Origin: a virus
Taxonomy: Duplodnaviria; Caudoviricetes
Strand: one strand, 5' to 3'
IMG/VR virus record: IMGVR_UViG_3300036782_000077
Location: 1 to 59,157 of that record
DNA: 59,157 nt
The notes beneath the pieces were generated by a model. That model saw nothing but the letters and a program-made list of their open reading frames with translations. It was not told where the DNA came from and ran no database searches. Positions 1 through 10,865 of the stretch are shown here, one piece after another (the first letter of the stretch is position 1; every line of letters starts with the position of its first letter). Position numbers and translations under genes: made by a program.

Positions 1-44
1 CGGAAGTGTTATCCACAGGCTCCAAATCGGTGGATCAAGGCTAA

Positions 45-888
45 GGCCGTGTCCTACATGGTGAGCTTGAGTAGTCGCTTGTAGCAGCAGAGGGCGGCTG
101 CCAGTCCGAGAAAGGCCAGGTAGTTGCCTGGTCTCCGTTCGTAGCGGTGGTTGAGGCGCCGGTATCCGGTCAGCCACGACATGGTGCGTTCGATGACCCA
201 CCGGCAGCGGCCGAGTCGTTCGCTGGAGTCGATGCCTTTGCGGGCGACGCGGACTCCGATGTGTTTTCCCCATAACCATTTCCGCAGGTGAGGTACGTCG
301 TATGCCTTGTCCGCGTGAAGTCGCACGGGCTTGGAATCGGTCGCGTGGGATTCGTGGCCCATGGGGAAGTGGGACAGCATCGGCTTCAGGGCGAGGCTGT
401 CGTGAGTGTTCGCCGCGGAGAGTCCGTTCGCGTCGGACAGGACGTGCATCGTGGAACCCGGCTTGCCTCGGTCCACGGGGCTCGGACCTGTGTGTTCGCC
501 CCTTTTTTAGCGCGGACATGGGCGGAGTCGAGAACCGCGCGCGACAGATCGACCAGGTTCTGGCCGTCCAGGAGCTGGAGCACCTTCTGGTGCAGTCGTC
601 CCCACACACCAGCCCGGGACCAGATAAGGAACCGGCGGTGCACAGTCGACTTCGAGGCCCCGAAGCAGGGCGGCAAGGCCCGCCAGGCGCAGCCGCTCAC
701 CAGTACATAGATGACCGCGGCGAACACCGCCTCATCGTCGATGTTCGCGACTCCGCCGCCCTGCGGGCGAACCCTCGCCGACGGCAACAAGGGCCTGGCA
801 ATCTCCCACAGCCCATCCGGCACGATCCACCTCCACCGCCACTCCCCATAGCCAACCCAACGACCAACTGACGATGTAGGCCACGACC
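45..888 (-). mobile_element. IS5-family insertion sequence
   Basis: TIRs GGCCGTGTCCTACAT (45-59) and ATGTAGGCCACGACC (874-888), 13/15 match; TAA duplicated at 42-44 and 889-891; encloses a two-ORF IS5 transposase. Confidence 0.9.
54..823 (-). pseudogene. IS5-family transposase (orfA 386-823, orfB 54-476, joined by frameshift), probably degenerate
   Basis: Motifs SGCAWRALP, LDSAHVRAKKG, LHADKAYD, RWVIERT..WL; slippery AAAAAAGGGG on minus strand at 499-508; apparent short deletion at DANGL|SAAN; upstream ATG (849) out of frame. Confidence 0.8.
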
Positions 889-1051
889 TAAGGGAGCCCC
901 GGCTATGTTGTTGGCCCCGTCGTGCTATGGCTCATCGCGTCGGTACCCTTCGGCCTGGCTTATGTGGTGATGATGCACTTCGGCCCTCTCGTAGCGGGCT
1001 TCCTCGCATTTCGCGGCCGATAACCAGGACCGCTGGCTGACGTGGCTACGG

Positions 1052-1642
1052 GTGCTCTTGCGTACCGCTACAACCTCACCGTCGTTGCTGCAGAGGCGGT
1101 CGTGGCCTGTGGTGAGGCCCATGGGGCAGGGAACGGGGGCCGTGGAGCCCAACGTAGGCGCGGCGTTGCGCGACGCCGAGGCTGCCATATGGGCAGCCCG
1201 CCGGACCAGAGGTGTTACGCCCGGCCGTCGATGGCACCGCCGTATGGCGTTACATCGGCATGCAGGGCAGGTCGTCGCGCGTCTTCGCGTGGCGGAGGAG
1301 AGTCTCGACGTAGATTCTGCTTAAGCATTGTGCGAACTTGGCGGCCTGCTGCTCACTGTGGCTGAGCGCTACAGCGAGGGGCGCGTCGGAGCGCTGCTTG
1401 ATGAGGCCGAGCTTGCCGATGTCACCCCGGCCCGTGACCGTGAAGTACTGCGGCTCGTGGCTGTCGCGGGACTCACTGCTGTGGGCGCTGCTCTCCTGTC
1501 AATGACCGGATTGCCGGATGGGGCAATGGGGCCGGCCCTCGCGGCGGTGGCACTGTGCTCCGTGGCACTGGTCTACCGGCGACGCGCTCTGAGGATGCTT
1601 GAGATCCTCCCTGTTCCGTTCGGCATTGGTGGGCAGCAATGA
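1052..1642 (+). pseudogene. hypothetical membrane protein interrupted by an in-frame TAA (1322-1324)
   Basis: ORFs 1052-1324 and 1328-1642 share one frame and read as one protein ending in two hydrophobic helices. Confidence 0.5.
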
Positions 1643-1694
1643 CCCTTGTGCAGAAGCGATGTCGCTGAGACCGCGCACTGCACGGTGCATGCGG

Positions 1695-2513
<819 letters not shown>

Positions 2514-2615
2514 TCAGTGAGTGCTGGTGGGTGCGGTTGTGTGGCCACTTGCATACCCCCGTGACCTGCGAAAAGTGATCCAGCGCGTGTCGGCGTGTGG
2601 GGGTGGTAGTGGGTT

Positions 2616-2637
2616 TTGTGGATTCCATGTGGACTCT
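2616..2637 (+). repeat. integrase arm-type sites, left (TTGTGGATTCC ATGTGGACTCT)
   Basis: Tandem 11-mers; the second is identical to the tandem pair at 59095-59116. Confidence 0.75.
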
Positions 2638-3920
2638 CACCCCGCTACGGCCCGCAGCGTTCGAACGGGCTCCTCCTTCTCCTTCGGTGCCATCACCGCC
2701 AGGGCTCGGGACGCCACATCCTCCGGAGCGTGCTGATAGATCCACGTCACCTTCGACCCGCGGTCGTGCCCCATGATCGCCTGGACATCCTTCTCCGGGA
2801 TGCCCAAGTCCTTGAGCCACGTCGCGAACGTGTGCCTCAGATCATGCACCCGAGGCCACCACTCCGTCCGCTTCGTCTCCCGGTTCACCACTTCACGGGC
2901 AATGCCTGCGGCCTGGATCGCCGGGATCCACGTACGCCGGAAATTGTGCCGCGTGAGCACCCCGCCCTGCGGCCCGCGAAACACCAGCTCGCCTGGCACC
3001 AAGTCCCGCCCGTCGTCCTTGATGGCGGACACGGTCCGCTCCGGGTGCCACTGCGTGACCATCGTGCGGACGGCCTCCTGCGCGGCCGGCGTCAGCGGGA
3101 CGGTCCGGAATCCAGCCGCCGTCTTCGGCGCCTCCTGCCGGAACAAGGTGCCCTTGTCCTCACTGAGCACTTCCTTTACCTTCACGTGCTCAGCTTCCAG
3201 GTCCACGTGCCCCCACCGCAGGCCGGTTGCTTCGCCCCACCGCATGCCGGTCTCCTCCAGGAATACGAGCAGTGGCCGGTAGTACATGGCGCAGTGCTCG
3301 CGGATGAGGGTGCACTGCTCTTTGGTTGGCGGCCGGAGGTCGTCGGCGTGCTTCTTTGGGGGCGCCTCCAACTCGATGTCAGCGGCCGGGTTCACGGGGA
3401 TCCGCTGTCCGTCGAGCACTGCGCTGCGCAGCATCGCCCGCAACAGCTCCAGTACCTTGCGACGCGTGTGGTGGCCCTTCACTTCCTTCGTGATCCACTT
3501 CTGGAGTTGGATGTACTCCAGATCGCACAGTCGGTATTGGCCCCACTTCGGTTCGATGTGGTGCCGCCAGTTCGACAGCTTCCGGTTCACGGTGGTTGTG
3601 CGCCGTTCCGGCTGCGCTGGCCACCAGATGTCCCACCACTTGGCCAGCGTGATCTCGCCGCGTTTCGGATCGTTGTATGTGCGTCTGCGGACGCGGGTGC
3701 GGACGTCGTCGAGGAAGTCGTCGGCGCCCTTCTTCTTCTCGAAGTTCTTTGCTTTTTGGTTTCCGGCGGGGTCGCGGTACCGGGCTTGCCACGCGCCGAT
3801 GCAGTCGCGCCTGCGCTTGCGCTCGCCGTTTTCGGCGGGTGGGTAATGCTCCAAGCAGAGGCTGCATCCGCAACTCTTGCTGCGCATCTGTCGGGGATTG
3901 TTCGCTGCCCTACGCGCCAT
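2637..3920 (-). CDS. int: tyrosine integrase
   Basis: TGMRWGE (R), PKT (K), HDLRH, MGH and IYQH (Y) motifs; N-terminal WQARYRDP arm-binding domain; start placed at MARRAANN. Confidence 0.95.
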   Translation of the reverse strand: MARRAANNPRQMRSKSCGCSLCLEHYPPAENGERKRRRDCIGAWQARYRDPAGNQKAKNFEKKKGADDFLDDVRTRVRRRTYNDPKRGEITLAKWWDIWWPAQPERRTTTVNRKLSNWRHHIEPKWGQYRLCDLEYIQLQKWITKEVKGHHTRRKVLELLRAMLRSAVLDGQRIPVNPAADIELEAPPKKHADDLRPPTKEQCTLIREHCAMYYRPLLVFLEETGMRWGEATGLRWGHVDLEAEHVKVKEVLSEDKGTLFRQEAPKTAAGFRTVPLTPAAQEAVRTMVTQWHPERTVSAIKDDGRDLVPGELVFRGPQGGVLTRHNFRRTWIPAIQAAGIAREVVNRETKRTEWWPRVHDLRHTFATWLKDLGIPEKDVQAIMGHDRGSKVTWIYQHAPEDVASRALAVMAPKEKEEPVRTLRAVAG

Positions 3921-4155
3921 GCTGTACCACCTCTCTGCGTCGCTGCTGAGGCACTTGCGCGAGGAGGGTGATGGGTTCCCCGCAGAAACAGCGTGCACCG
4001 AAGACCGGCTGTGGTATGGCAAGTTCAGCGAGAATCGCCCGCACCACTTGAAGGGAAGACGCCTCGGTCAGGTGACGAGGCAGTGTGATCACCTTCTGCT
4101 GGTGATCCCACGGGACAGCAGGCAGGAACGGCGCGTACTGGACGCGGATGCACAT
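3910..4155 (-). CDS. small hypothetical protein coupled to int (CxCG motif)
   Basis: ATG preceded by GGGGGG; stop overlaps int start; ARCFCGEP motif. Confidence 0.6.
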   Translation of the reverse strand: MCIRVQYAPFLPAVPWDHQQKVITLPRHLTEASSLQVVRAILAELAIPQPVFGARCFCGEPITLLAQVPQQRRREVVQHGA

Positions 4156-4336
4156 AGAGACCCCCCGGATGCAGACTGCGCAGGCGTTGACTGGCCGAGG
4201 GGGAGGGCATCGGCCTGAGTGAGGCTCGAAGCTATCGTGATTTAGTTCGTTCTGCGACCACTCTGCGGAGAGTTGCTCGCACAGAGTAATGTAAGCCGGT
4301 TGGTGTGGCGGTGAGCGGTATGCGCGCCGAACGGAC

Positions 4337-4711
4337 TTACGAGGGCGAGTAGTTGCTGTCCCGCCATGCCCGAATCGTAGTTTCCGCCAGCTTCTGCTGC
4401 TCCTCGGTCAAGCCGCGGAACATCTCCAGGATGCGCTCCTCGGCATCGGGGCTCAGGGGGCCGGGCGTCTTGCGGCCGGCCGCCTCGAAGATCTCCTGCT
4501 CGGTGAACTTGGGGAAGGCGGCGGCGAGGGCGCGGAGCTTGTCGGGGTGGGGGCCGCGGCCGGTGCCGCGCTTGCGGTTCACCCAGGCGTTGACGGTGGC
4601 CGGAGCGGCGCCGATGGCGCGCGCGATCTCGCTCTCGTTGACACCGTAGGTCGACTTCAGCCGAGCGAGGAGCTGCGCGAAATCCTCGGGGCGGCGCTTC
4701 TCGGTGGTCAC
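4337..4711 (-). CDS. XRE-family HTH immunity repressor
   Basis: HTH ESEIARAIGAAPATVNAW; divergent from Cro-like gene; probable GTG start at 4711. Confidence 0.85.
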   Translation of the reverse strand: MTTEKRRPEDFAQLLARLKSTYGVNESEIARAIGAAPATVNAWVNRKRGTGRGPHPDKLRALAAAFPKFTEQEIFEAAGRKTPGPLSPDAEERILEMFRGLTEEQQKLAETTIRAWRDSNYSPS

Positions 4712-4724
4712 GGTGCAAGAGTGC

Positions 4725-4768
4725 ACGCCACGCTTCTACTTTCGCAAGTGAAAGTAGAAGCGTGGCGT
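4725..4768. promoter_or_regulatory. perfect 19-bp inverted repeat upstream of the repressor
   Basis: ACGCCACGCTTCTACTTTC-GCAAGT-GAAAGTAGAAGCGTGGCGT. Confidence 0.7.
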
Positions 4769-4832
4769 AGACCTATATGCGCTCCTGCGGCCTCCCCGCC
4801 GCGGGCTGGAGCGGTGGCATTTGCCACGTAAT

Positions 4833-4848
4833 TAGAACATCCGTTCCA
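4833..4848. promoter_or_regulatory. SOS (LexA) box-like site
   Basis: TAGAACATCCGTTCCA has the GAAC-N4-GTTC core of the actinobacterial LexA box and lies in the repressor/Cro intergenic region. Confidence 0.55.
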
Positions 4849-4895
4849 TTGCGGCCTCCCCGTTGATCGTGCCCCTGAAACCCACACCCTCACAC

Positions 4896-4925
4896 TTGAC
4901 CACACTAACACTGACACAGTAGAAA
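4896..4925 (+). promoter_or_regulatory. early lytic promoter overlapped by a putative operator
   Basis: TTGACC-N18-TAGAAA(T); ACTGACACAGTAGAAA (4910-4925) repeated exactly at 5240-5255. Confidence 0.6.
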
Positions 4926-4981
4926 TGTATCAAGCGGCCGAGGGGTCGCCTCCAGTCGCCACCCGGTGCGAGGTACCACGC

Positions 4982-5284
4982 ATGCCCACCCTGATCCGCA
5001 AGAGCGAAGGCCAGCCACTCCGAGCCGCCATGAAGGCGGCTGGCATGTCCGGCCCCAAGCTCGCCGCCGCCACGAAGGTCATCGACCCGGGCGGCAAGGG
5101 CATCAGCCCGGCGATAGTCGGCCGACTGGCTGGCCGAGGGAAGACAGCCCGCGAGCACTGCCGGCCGCGCACGGCGCGCCTGATCGCCGAGGTGCTGCAC
5201 CAGCCCCTCAATTCCCTCTTCGTCATGCCCGCATCTTCAACTGACACAGTAGAAAGGTCCACTCCTCATGGCGACGACCACTGA
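4982..5284 (+). CDS. Cro-like HTH regulator
   Basis: LRAAMKAAGMSGPKLAAAT...ISPAIVGRL..A.LIAEVL XRE pattern; first rightward gene. Confidence 0.75.
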   Translation: MPTLIRKSEGQPLRAAMKAAGMSGPKLAAATKVIDPGGKGISPAIVGRLAGRGKTAREHCRPRTARLIAEVLHQPLNSLFVMPASSTDTVERSTPHGDDH

Positions 5285-5489
5285 GCGAGCCAAGGCGCTC
5301 TCGTCCACGGGCCTGACGCCTCTCCTGACTACCGACCAGCTCGCCGCGTACTACGGCGTTACCCGCTGGCTCATCAACGAGTGGGTCAAGCGGGGCTGCC
5401 CCGTCGAGCCCACTGCGTTTCGCGGCAGGCGCTTCGACCTCGCCCGCGTCAAGACGTGGACGAGCAGCGCTCAGCGCGACGCGGCCTGA
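5268..5489 (+). CDS. excisionase / AlpA-like HTH protein
   Basis: LLTTDQLAAYYGVTRWLINEW...RRFDLARVKTW. Confidence 0.75.
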   Translation: MATTTERAKALSSTGLTPLLTTDQLAAYYGVTRWLINEWVKRGCPVEPTAFRGRRFDLARVKTWTSSAQRDAA

Positions 5490-5576
5490 CTCGTCCACGG
5501 AATCGGGGCCGCGGCCGGACGACACCCGGCGCGACCCCTTCGGCTCACCTCACCACACAGAGAAATGAGGATCACC

Positions 5577-5897
5577 GTGAGCAACATCATCTCATCCGAG
5601 ACTCTGCGCGAGCAGCGCCCCGCGCTGCGCGCACTGTCCCGCCTGGCGGAGCTGCACCCGGAGTTGCCCAGCGTGTACATCGCCGGGATCCGTGAACTCG
5701 ACGTCCAGGTGCAGTCCGCCGCCGCCTTCGAGGTGTGGCGGGAGGCGTTGTCTGTCGGGCCCGACGCCGTCGATATCCACGCGTGGAAGACGGGCGAGAC
5801 TCTGCTGGAGTTTGTGACGCAGGAGGCCGGGGCGCCGGTCCGTGTGTACGTGGTGCTGCCCGCTCTGCCGACCGCGTCCGTGGCGGTGGCCGCATGA
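5577..5897 (+). CDS. hypothetical phage protein
   Basis: GAGGA RBS, GTG start, ATGA overlap with next gene. Confidence 0.65.
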   Translation: MSNIISSETLREQRPALRALSRLAELHPELPSVYIAGIRELDVQVQSAAAFEVWREALSVGPDAVDIHAWKTGETLLEFVTQEAGAPVRVYVVLPALPTASVAVAA

Positions 5898-6400
5898 ACA
5901 CGCAGGGCATCAACACAGCGGCGGATGTAATTGCCCGCGCGATGCAGACCCGGCAGACAGCGGCGGGGATCGCTGTGGCGCTGGCCGCCGCAGGGATGCT
6001 CCAGTCGCCGGAGACCGCTGCCGAGGTAGAGCGCCTGCGGTCGCAGGCCGCGCTCCCCGACACCATCCGTACCATCGCCGCAGAGCTGGCCCGCCGGACC
6101 CTGCTGGCTGACAACTGCACGTGCAGCGACGTCCTGTCGGCCATGGCGCAAGATGCGGCCACCGAGTCGTGCCTCTGGCAGCACCTGGCTAACGCGCTCA
6201 ATGCGATCGAGTGCCTGCGCATCGAGCCGGACGGCCACATCTCGAATCCCTGCGGCGACGAGCACATCGAGTGGGACCGCGGTGCGGAGCGCTGGCGGCT
6301 TGTCCACGACGACGAGACCTTGCTTACGGCCGAGCAGGCTGAGACCCGCCGTCTCGACTACCGCGCTCGCATGCGCGCCGCTGGGGGCGATCTCCCGTGA
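5894..6400 (+). CDS. hypothetical phage protein
   Basis: Translationally coupled at both ends (ATGA / GTGA); MNTQGINTAADVI... Confidence 0.65.
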   Translation: MNTQGINTAADVIARAMQTRQTAAGIAVALAAAGMLQSPETAAEVERLRSQAALPDTIRTIAAELARRTLLADNCTCSDVLSAMAQDAATESCLWQHLANALNAIECLRIEPDGHISNPCGDEHIEWDRGAERWRLVHDDETLLTAEQAETRRLDYRARMRAAGGDLP

Positions 6401-6741
6401 CTGACCGTACGCCTATGGCTGGCCCGTTCCGGGTCAGTGTCGACCGGACCCCCAGTGGGGTGGCCCTCGACGTTTCGCACTTCGTGGAGCGGCTGGTCCT
6501 GGACCTCGTCACCGAGCACGCTGACGCTCTCGCCGAGATCCTCGCCGAGCAGGCGGAGGATCGTCCGTACGACGGGACCCGGCCGGAGTCCCTGCTGGTG
6601 GAGCAGCTCGTGGATGCGCTGGACACGCGGATCCCGGTGTACGGCGGTCAGTGCCTCGCGCTGGCCGACCGGATCCGGGCGGTGGCCGTCACCAAGGCCC
6701 TGCCGGGGCAGCAACGCGCCGAGGGTGGTGCCGCCGCATGA
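6397..6741 (+). CDS. hypothetical phage protein
   Basis: 4-nt overlaps at both ends; GC3-biased frame. Confidence 0.65.
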   Translation: MTDRTPMAGPFRVSVDRTPSGVALDVSHFVERLVLDLVTEHADALAEILAEQAEDRPYDGTRPESLLVEQLVDALDTRIPVYGGQCLALADRIRAVAVTKALPGQQRAEGGAAA

Positions 6742-7277
6742 ACGCCCGTACCGAGATCCTCGCCGCGCTCCAGCGCGCCGGCTACGACCAGCAGGGCTCC
6801 GAGTCCTTGCTCGGTCGAGCCGAGGTCGAGAGGCTGCGGGAGGCTCAGCGTGAGGTCGTCGCGTGGCTGGTCAAGAAGGCCGGCGAGTACCGGTCGACCG
6901 GCCGCCAGCAGCACCGGTTGCAGGCGGACGCCATTGGGACTCTCGCTTCGAAGGTGGACCGGGGCGCCGTCCGCCTCCTCGGCATGGGCCACTACCGGGA
7001 CGCCATGGATGAGCACCGCGCCGAGGTGCTGCGCGAGGCATCCGAGGTCTGCGTCCAGTGGGATTCCGACTGCACCCAGTGCGCGGTAGAGCTGGAGGTG
7101 GCGGGAGAACTGCGGCGCATGGCCGACGCCGCCGTGAAGGACACCCCCGCCGGGGGCGCGTCCACCCACGCCGCCGACCCGGCGTCGTACGGCCCGGACC
7201 GTTGCATGCACGGCGCCTCCATCACCGTCGAGTGCGGCGACTGCGACGCCCTCGGCCAGATCGGCGGCCCCGCATGA
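6738..7277 (+). CDS. hypothetical phage protein with Cys motifs
   Basis: ATGA overlaps; CxxC pairs in the C-terminal half. Confidence 0.6.
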   Translation: MNARTEILAALQRAGYDQQGSESLLGRAEVERLREAQREVVAWLVKKAGEYRSTGRQQHRLQADAIGTLASKVDRGAVRLLGMGHYRDAMDEHRAEVLREASEVCVQWDSDCTQCAVELEVAGELRRMADAAVKDTPAGGASTHAADPASYGPDRCMHGASITVECGDCDALGQIGGPA

Positions 7278-7468
7278 GCGACACGTTCGGCGACCGCTAC
7301 CACCGCCGTCGCACCGACGACGGCCGCGCCCGCACCCGCCGCGAGGCCCTCGACCGCGCGGCTTACGACCACAACACCGACCAGGCCCGCGACGGCGGCG
7401 GCTGCGCCGCTCCGCTCATGGTCCTCGCCACCACCATCGCCGCCATCTTGGGGGTGCTGCTCGGATGA
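7274..7468 (+). CDS. small protein with C-terminal TM helix
   Basis: MSDTFGDR...LMVLATTIAAILGVLLG; coupled overlaps. Confidence 0.6.
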   Translation: MSDTFGDRYHRRRTDDGRARTRREALDRAAYDHNTDQARDGGGCAAPLMVLATTIAAILGVLLG

Positions 7469-8382
7469 CGAACACCGTGCTGGCCGGAGCTCAGGCCCCG
7501 GCCGCCGGGCCGGTCACCCTCGGGTGGTTCGAGCCCGGTTCGGACGAGTGGCACGCGGCGCGGAAGGGCGGTATCGGCGGCTCGGAGATCGCCGCCGTCC
7601 TCGGCCTCTCCCCATTCGAGTCTCGCTTCTCCCTCTGGCACCGCAAGAAGGGGCTCGTCGCGCCGGTCGACGAGACCGACGCCATGTACTGGGGCACCGC
7701 CCTGGAGCCCGTCATCTGCGCCGAGTTCGCCCGCCGGCACCCCGAGTGGGACGTCCAGCCCGCGCCGACCTACGCGGCGGCCGACCGGGCGTGGCAGATC
7801 GCCAACCCGGACCGGCTCCTCCTCTCTGATGGTGGCCCCGGTGCGCTCCTGGAGGCGAAGACATCGAGGGACGACGTCGGCTGGGGCGAGGAGGGCAACG
7901 GCGAGATCCCGGTGTACTACCGGGCCCAGTGTCTGCACTACCTCGACGTCCTCGGCCTCGATCGGTGCCATGTCGCCGTGCTGATCGCCGGGTCGACCTA
8001 CCGGGAATACGTCGTCGAGTACGACCCCGTTGACGCGCTCCAGATGCGGGCGGCCGGCGCCGAGTTCATGCGCTCCCTCGCCGCTCGTGAACGGCCAGAG
8101 ATCGACGGGCACAGCGCCACCTACCAGACCGTCCGCGAGCTGCCCGAGGGCCTGGACGACGTCGACGTCGAGACCCCGACCCGGCTCCGCGACCGGTGGC
8201 ACGCCGCGCAGGACGCCTTCTGGGCCGCCGAGGACGAGCTGACCGCCTGCAAGGGCGAGTTGCTCGACGCGATCGGCGCCGGACGCCGCGCGGTCTGTGA
8301 GCGCGAGCGTGTCGCCACCCGCACCGTCCGCAACGGACGCACCTTTCAGCTTCTCCCCGCCCGTACTCGGAGGACCCGATGA
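7465..8382 (+). CDS. YqaJ-like (lambda Exo family) exonuclease
   Basis: WHAARKGGIGGSEIAAVLG, ANPDR, LEAKT, YYRAQC motifs. Confidence 0.92.
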   Translation: MTNTVLAGAQAPAAGPVTLGWFEPGSDEWHAARKGGIGGSEIAAVLGLSPFESRFSLWHRKKGLVAPVDETDAMYWGTALEPVICAEFARRHPEWDVQPAPTYAAADRAWQIANPDRLLLSDGGPGALLEAKTSRDDVGWGEEGNGEIPVYYRAQCLHYLDVLGLDRCHVAVLIAGSTYREYVVEYDPVDALQMRAAGAEFMRSLAARERPEIDGHSATYQTVRELPEGLDDVDVETPTRLRDRWHAAQDAFWAAEDELTACKGELLDAIGAGRRAVCERERVATRTVRNGRTFQLLPARTRRTR

Positions 8383-9191
8383 CCGAGACCATCACCAACG
8401 CCGTCGCCGTTCGCGACTCCGGGCCCGGCGCCATGGTCGAGCAGTACAGGAACGACCTCGCGATGGTTATGCCGTCGCACGTCAAGCCGGACACCTTCGT
8501 CCGGCTGGCCGTCGGCGTCCTGCGGCGGGACCGCAACCTGGCGCAGGCGGCGCAGAACAACCCCGCGGCGCTGATGGGCGCATTGATGGACGCCGCGCAG
8601 CTCGGACTCCAGCCTGGCACCGAGCAGTTCTACCTGGTCCCCAGGAAGCAGAAGGGCCGCCTGGAGGTCCAGGGAATCCGCGGCTACCAAGGCGAGATCG
8701 AGCTGATCTACCGGGCTGGCGCTGTCTCCTCCGTGATCGTGGAGGTCGTTCGCGAGCGGGATACGTTCCGGTACTCGCCTGGCCGCGACGAGCGCCCGCA
8801 CCACGACGTCGACTGGGACGCCGACGACCGCGGGGACCTGCGGCTGGTCTACGCGTACGCCGTCATGAAGGACGGCGCGACTAGCAAGGTCGTCGTCCTC
8901 AACCGTCGGGACATTGCCAAGGCGCGCGCCATGTCGCAGGGCTCGGACTCTCCGTACTCCCCGTGGCAGAAGCACGAGGAGGCGATGTGGATGAAGACCG
9001 GGGCGCACCGGCTGACGAAGTGGGTCCCGACCAGCGCCGAGTACATGCGGGAGCAGCTGCGCGCCGCCGCCGAAGTCGCCGCCGAGCGGCAGCCGGCCGT
9101 GACGCCCACCGCCCCGTTGCCGCAGCCCGCGCACGACGACGCGGCGCCGATCGAGGCGGAGTTCGTCGACGACGCGGACGAGGTGGCGTGA
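8379..9191 (+). CDS. recT: RecT-family ssDNA annealing protein
   Basis: AAQLGLQP, YLVP, GYQGEIELIYR, PW..H.EAMW.KT motifs; follows YqaJ. Confidence 0.92.
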   Translation: MTETITNAVAVRDSGPGAMVEQYRNDLAMVMPSHVKPDTFVRLAVGVLRRDRNLAQAAQNNPAALMGALMDAAQLGLQPGTEQFYLVPRKQKGRLEVQGIRGYQGEIELIYRAGAVSSVIVEVVRERDTFRYSPGRDERPHHDVDWDADDRGDLRLVYAYAVMKDGATSKVVVLNRRDIAKARAMSQGSDSPYSPWQKHEEAMWMKTGAHRLTKWVPTSAEYMREQLRAAAEVAAERQPAVTPTAPLPQPAHDDAAPIEAEFVDDADEVA

Positions 9192-9859
9192 TGACTCGCC
9201 CCAAGTTGCTCGACCTGTGCTGTGGCGCCGGCGGCGCCAGCCGCGGATACACGGACGCCGGGTTCGACGTGACCGGCGTCGACATCGTCGCACGGCCCTC
9301 CTACCCATTCCGATTCGTCCAGGCCGATGCGGTCGATTACGCCCTCGATCACGGACACGAGTACGACCTGATCCACGCATCGTGGCCATGCCAGTACGAC
9401 GCCGCGATCACCAAGGGCACCAACCACCACCTACGCGACACCTATCCCGACCTGCTCCCGGCTGGACGCGCCGCGATGCTCGCCGCGGGGCGGCCATACG
9501 TCATCGAGAATCCCCAGGCCCGGCCCGACGTGGTGCTCTGCGGAACGCAGTTCAGTCTGCCGATCCTGCGGCACCGTCGCTTCGAGGTCCACGGGTGGAC
9601 GCCGATGGCTCTCCCGCACACCCCGCACCGCGGGCGCGTGCGCGGCTGGCGACACGGCAGGCACTACGACGGCGAGTACCTCGCCGTGTACGGCAAGGGC
9701 GGCGGGAAGGCAACCGTCCCCGAGATGCAGGCCGCGCTCGGTATCAACTGGACAGATGCTCACGAGGAACTAACGGAGGCCATCCCGCCCGCGTACACGC
9801 AGTTCCTCGGCCAGCAAGCCGCCGCGCAGCTCCGCGCAGCAATCGGAGCGACGGAATGA
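9191..9859 (+). CDS. short C5-type DNA methyltransferase
   Basis: LLDLCCGAGG (motif I), ASWPCQ (catalytic PC), VIEN, EAIPPAY. Confidence 0.8.
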   Translation: MTRPKLLDLCCGAGGASRGYTDAGFDVTGVDIVARPSYPFRFVQADAVDYALDHGHEYDLIHASWPCQYDAAITKGTNHHLRDTYPDLLPAGRAAMLAAGRPYVIENPQARPDVVLCGTQFSLPILRHRRFEVHGWTPMALPHTPHRGRVRGWRHGRHYDGEYLAVYGKGGGKATVPEMQAALGINWTDAHEELTEAIPPAYTQFLGQQAAAQLRAAIGATE

Positions 9860-10146
9860 CGGCCACCCACCGGCAGTGCCGCATGGCCGGCCCGCACGAG
9901 GGCCGAGTGCGTCCGAACGCCTGCGGCTACCGATGCAGCGCCCACTCCCCGTGGGCGCTCGCCGGGCGCCCGGAACCGCGGCCCGGTCCCGGCTGGCCAG
10001 CGGCTGCGTGGGACACGCCGTCTCCGCAGGCCGCGTCCCGCGTCCACGACGCCCGTGCCGTCGTCTCCGGCAAGCGCCGTTCCTCCCCGCACATCTACCG
10101 CGCCGCGCAGATCGCCGTCGGCGCCGCCAGGAAGGACCACCCATGA
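9856..10146 (+). CDS. hypothetical phage protein (Cys/His motif)
   Basis: ATGA overlaps at both ends; C..H..CGYRC..HSPW. Confidence 0.6.
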   Translation: MTATHRQCRMAGPHEGRVRPNACGYRCSAHSPWALAGRPEPRPGPGWPAAAWDTPSPQAASRVHDARAVVSGKRRSSPHIYRAAQIAVGAARKDHP

Positions 10147-10865
10147 CCATGCACTGGCACACCGGCCGCCTGTGCGGCTTCGACCTCGAAACCACCGGCC
10201 CCGACCCCCTCACCGCCCGCATCGTCACCGCCTGCATCGTCCAGTGCGGCGGCGGGCAGCCGACACAGTGCGCCACCCGGCTCACCGACGTCGACGGCGA
10301 GGAAATCCCCGCCGAGGCCGCCGCGATCCACGGCGTCACCACCGAGCAGGCCCGCGCCGAGGGCATGCCCCTGCGAGAGGCCGTCGGCCAGATCATCGGC
10401 GCCCTCGTACAGGTGGCCCTCGCAGGCATCCCGATCGTGGCGATGAACGCCAGGTACGACCTGACCGTCCTGGACCGCGAGGCCCGCCGATACGGCGTGC
10501 CTCCTCTCGGCGACCTTGTGCCGGACCTGCGCGTCATCGACCCGTACGTCATCGACAAGGAGGTCGACCGCTACCGCCGCGGCTCCCGCAAACTCACGGC
10601 CCTGTGCGAGCACTACGAAGTGCCAATCGGCGCCGCGCACCAGGCTGACGCTGACGCCATCGCCGCATGCCGAGTCGCATGGCGGCAGGGCACCCGGTAC
10701 CCGCAGGTCGCGGAGCTGTCCCTCGACCAACTGCACGCGGCCCAGACCGAGTGGGCCGCCGAGCAGGCCGCCAGCCTCCAGGAGTACTTCCGCAGGAAGG
10801 ACCCGACCGCGGTAGTCGAGGGCACATGGCCGGTCATCCCGCACCAGCGGGAGGCCACCCAGTGA
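10143..10865 (+). CDS. DnaQ-like DEDDh 3'-5' exonuclease
   Basis: GFDLETTG, NARYD, AHQADAD motifs. Confidence 0.92.
   Translation: MTMHWHTGRLCGFDLETTGPDPLTARIVTACIVQCGGGQPTQCATRLTDVDGEEIPAEAAAIHGVTTEQARAEGMPLREAVGQIIGALVQVALAGIPIVAMNARYDLTVLDREARRYGVPPLGDLVPDLRVIDPYVIDKEVDRYRRGSRKLTALCEHYEVPIGAAHQADADAIAACRVAWRQGTRYPQVAELSLDQLHAAQTEWAAEQAASLQEYFRRKDPTAVVEGTWPVIPHQREATQ

Noticed and set aside
9-17. Perfect DnaA box TTATCCACA
   Set aside because: Single copy at the window edge; no cluster or dnaA context visible
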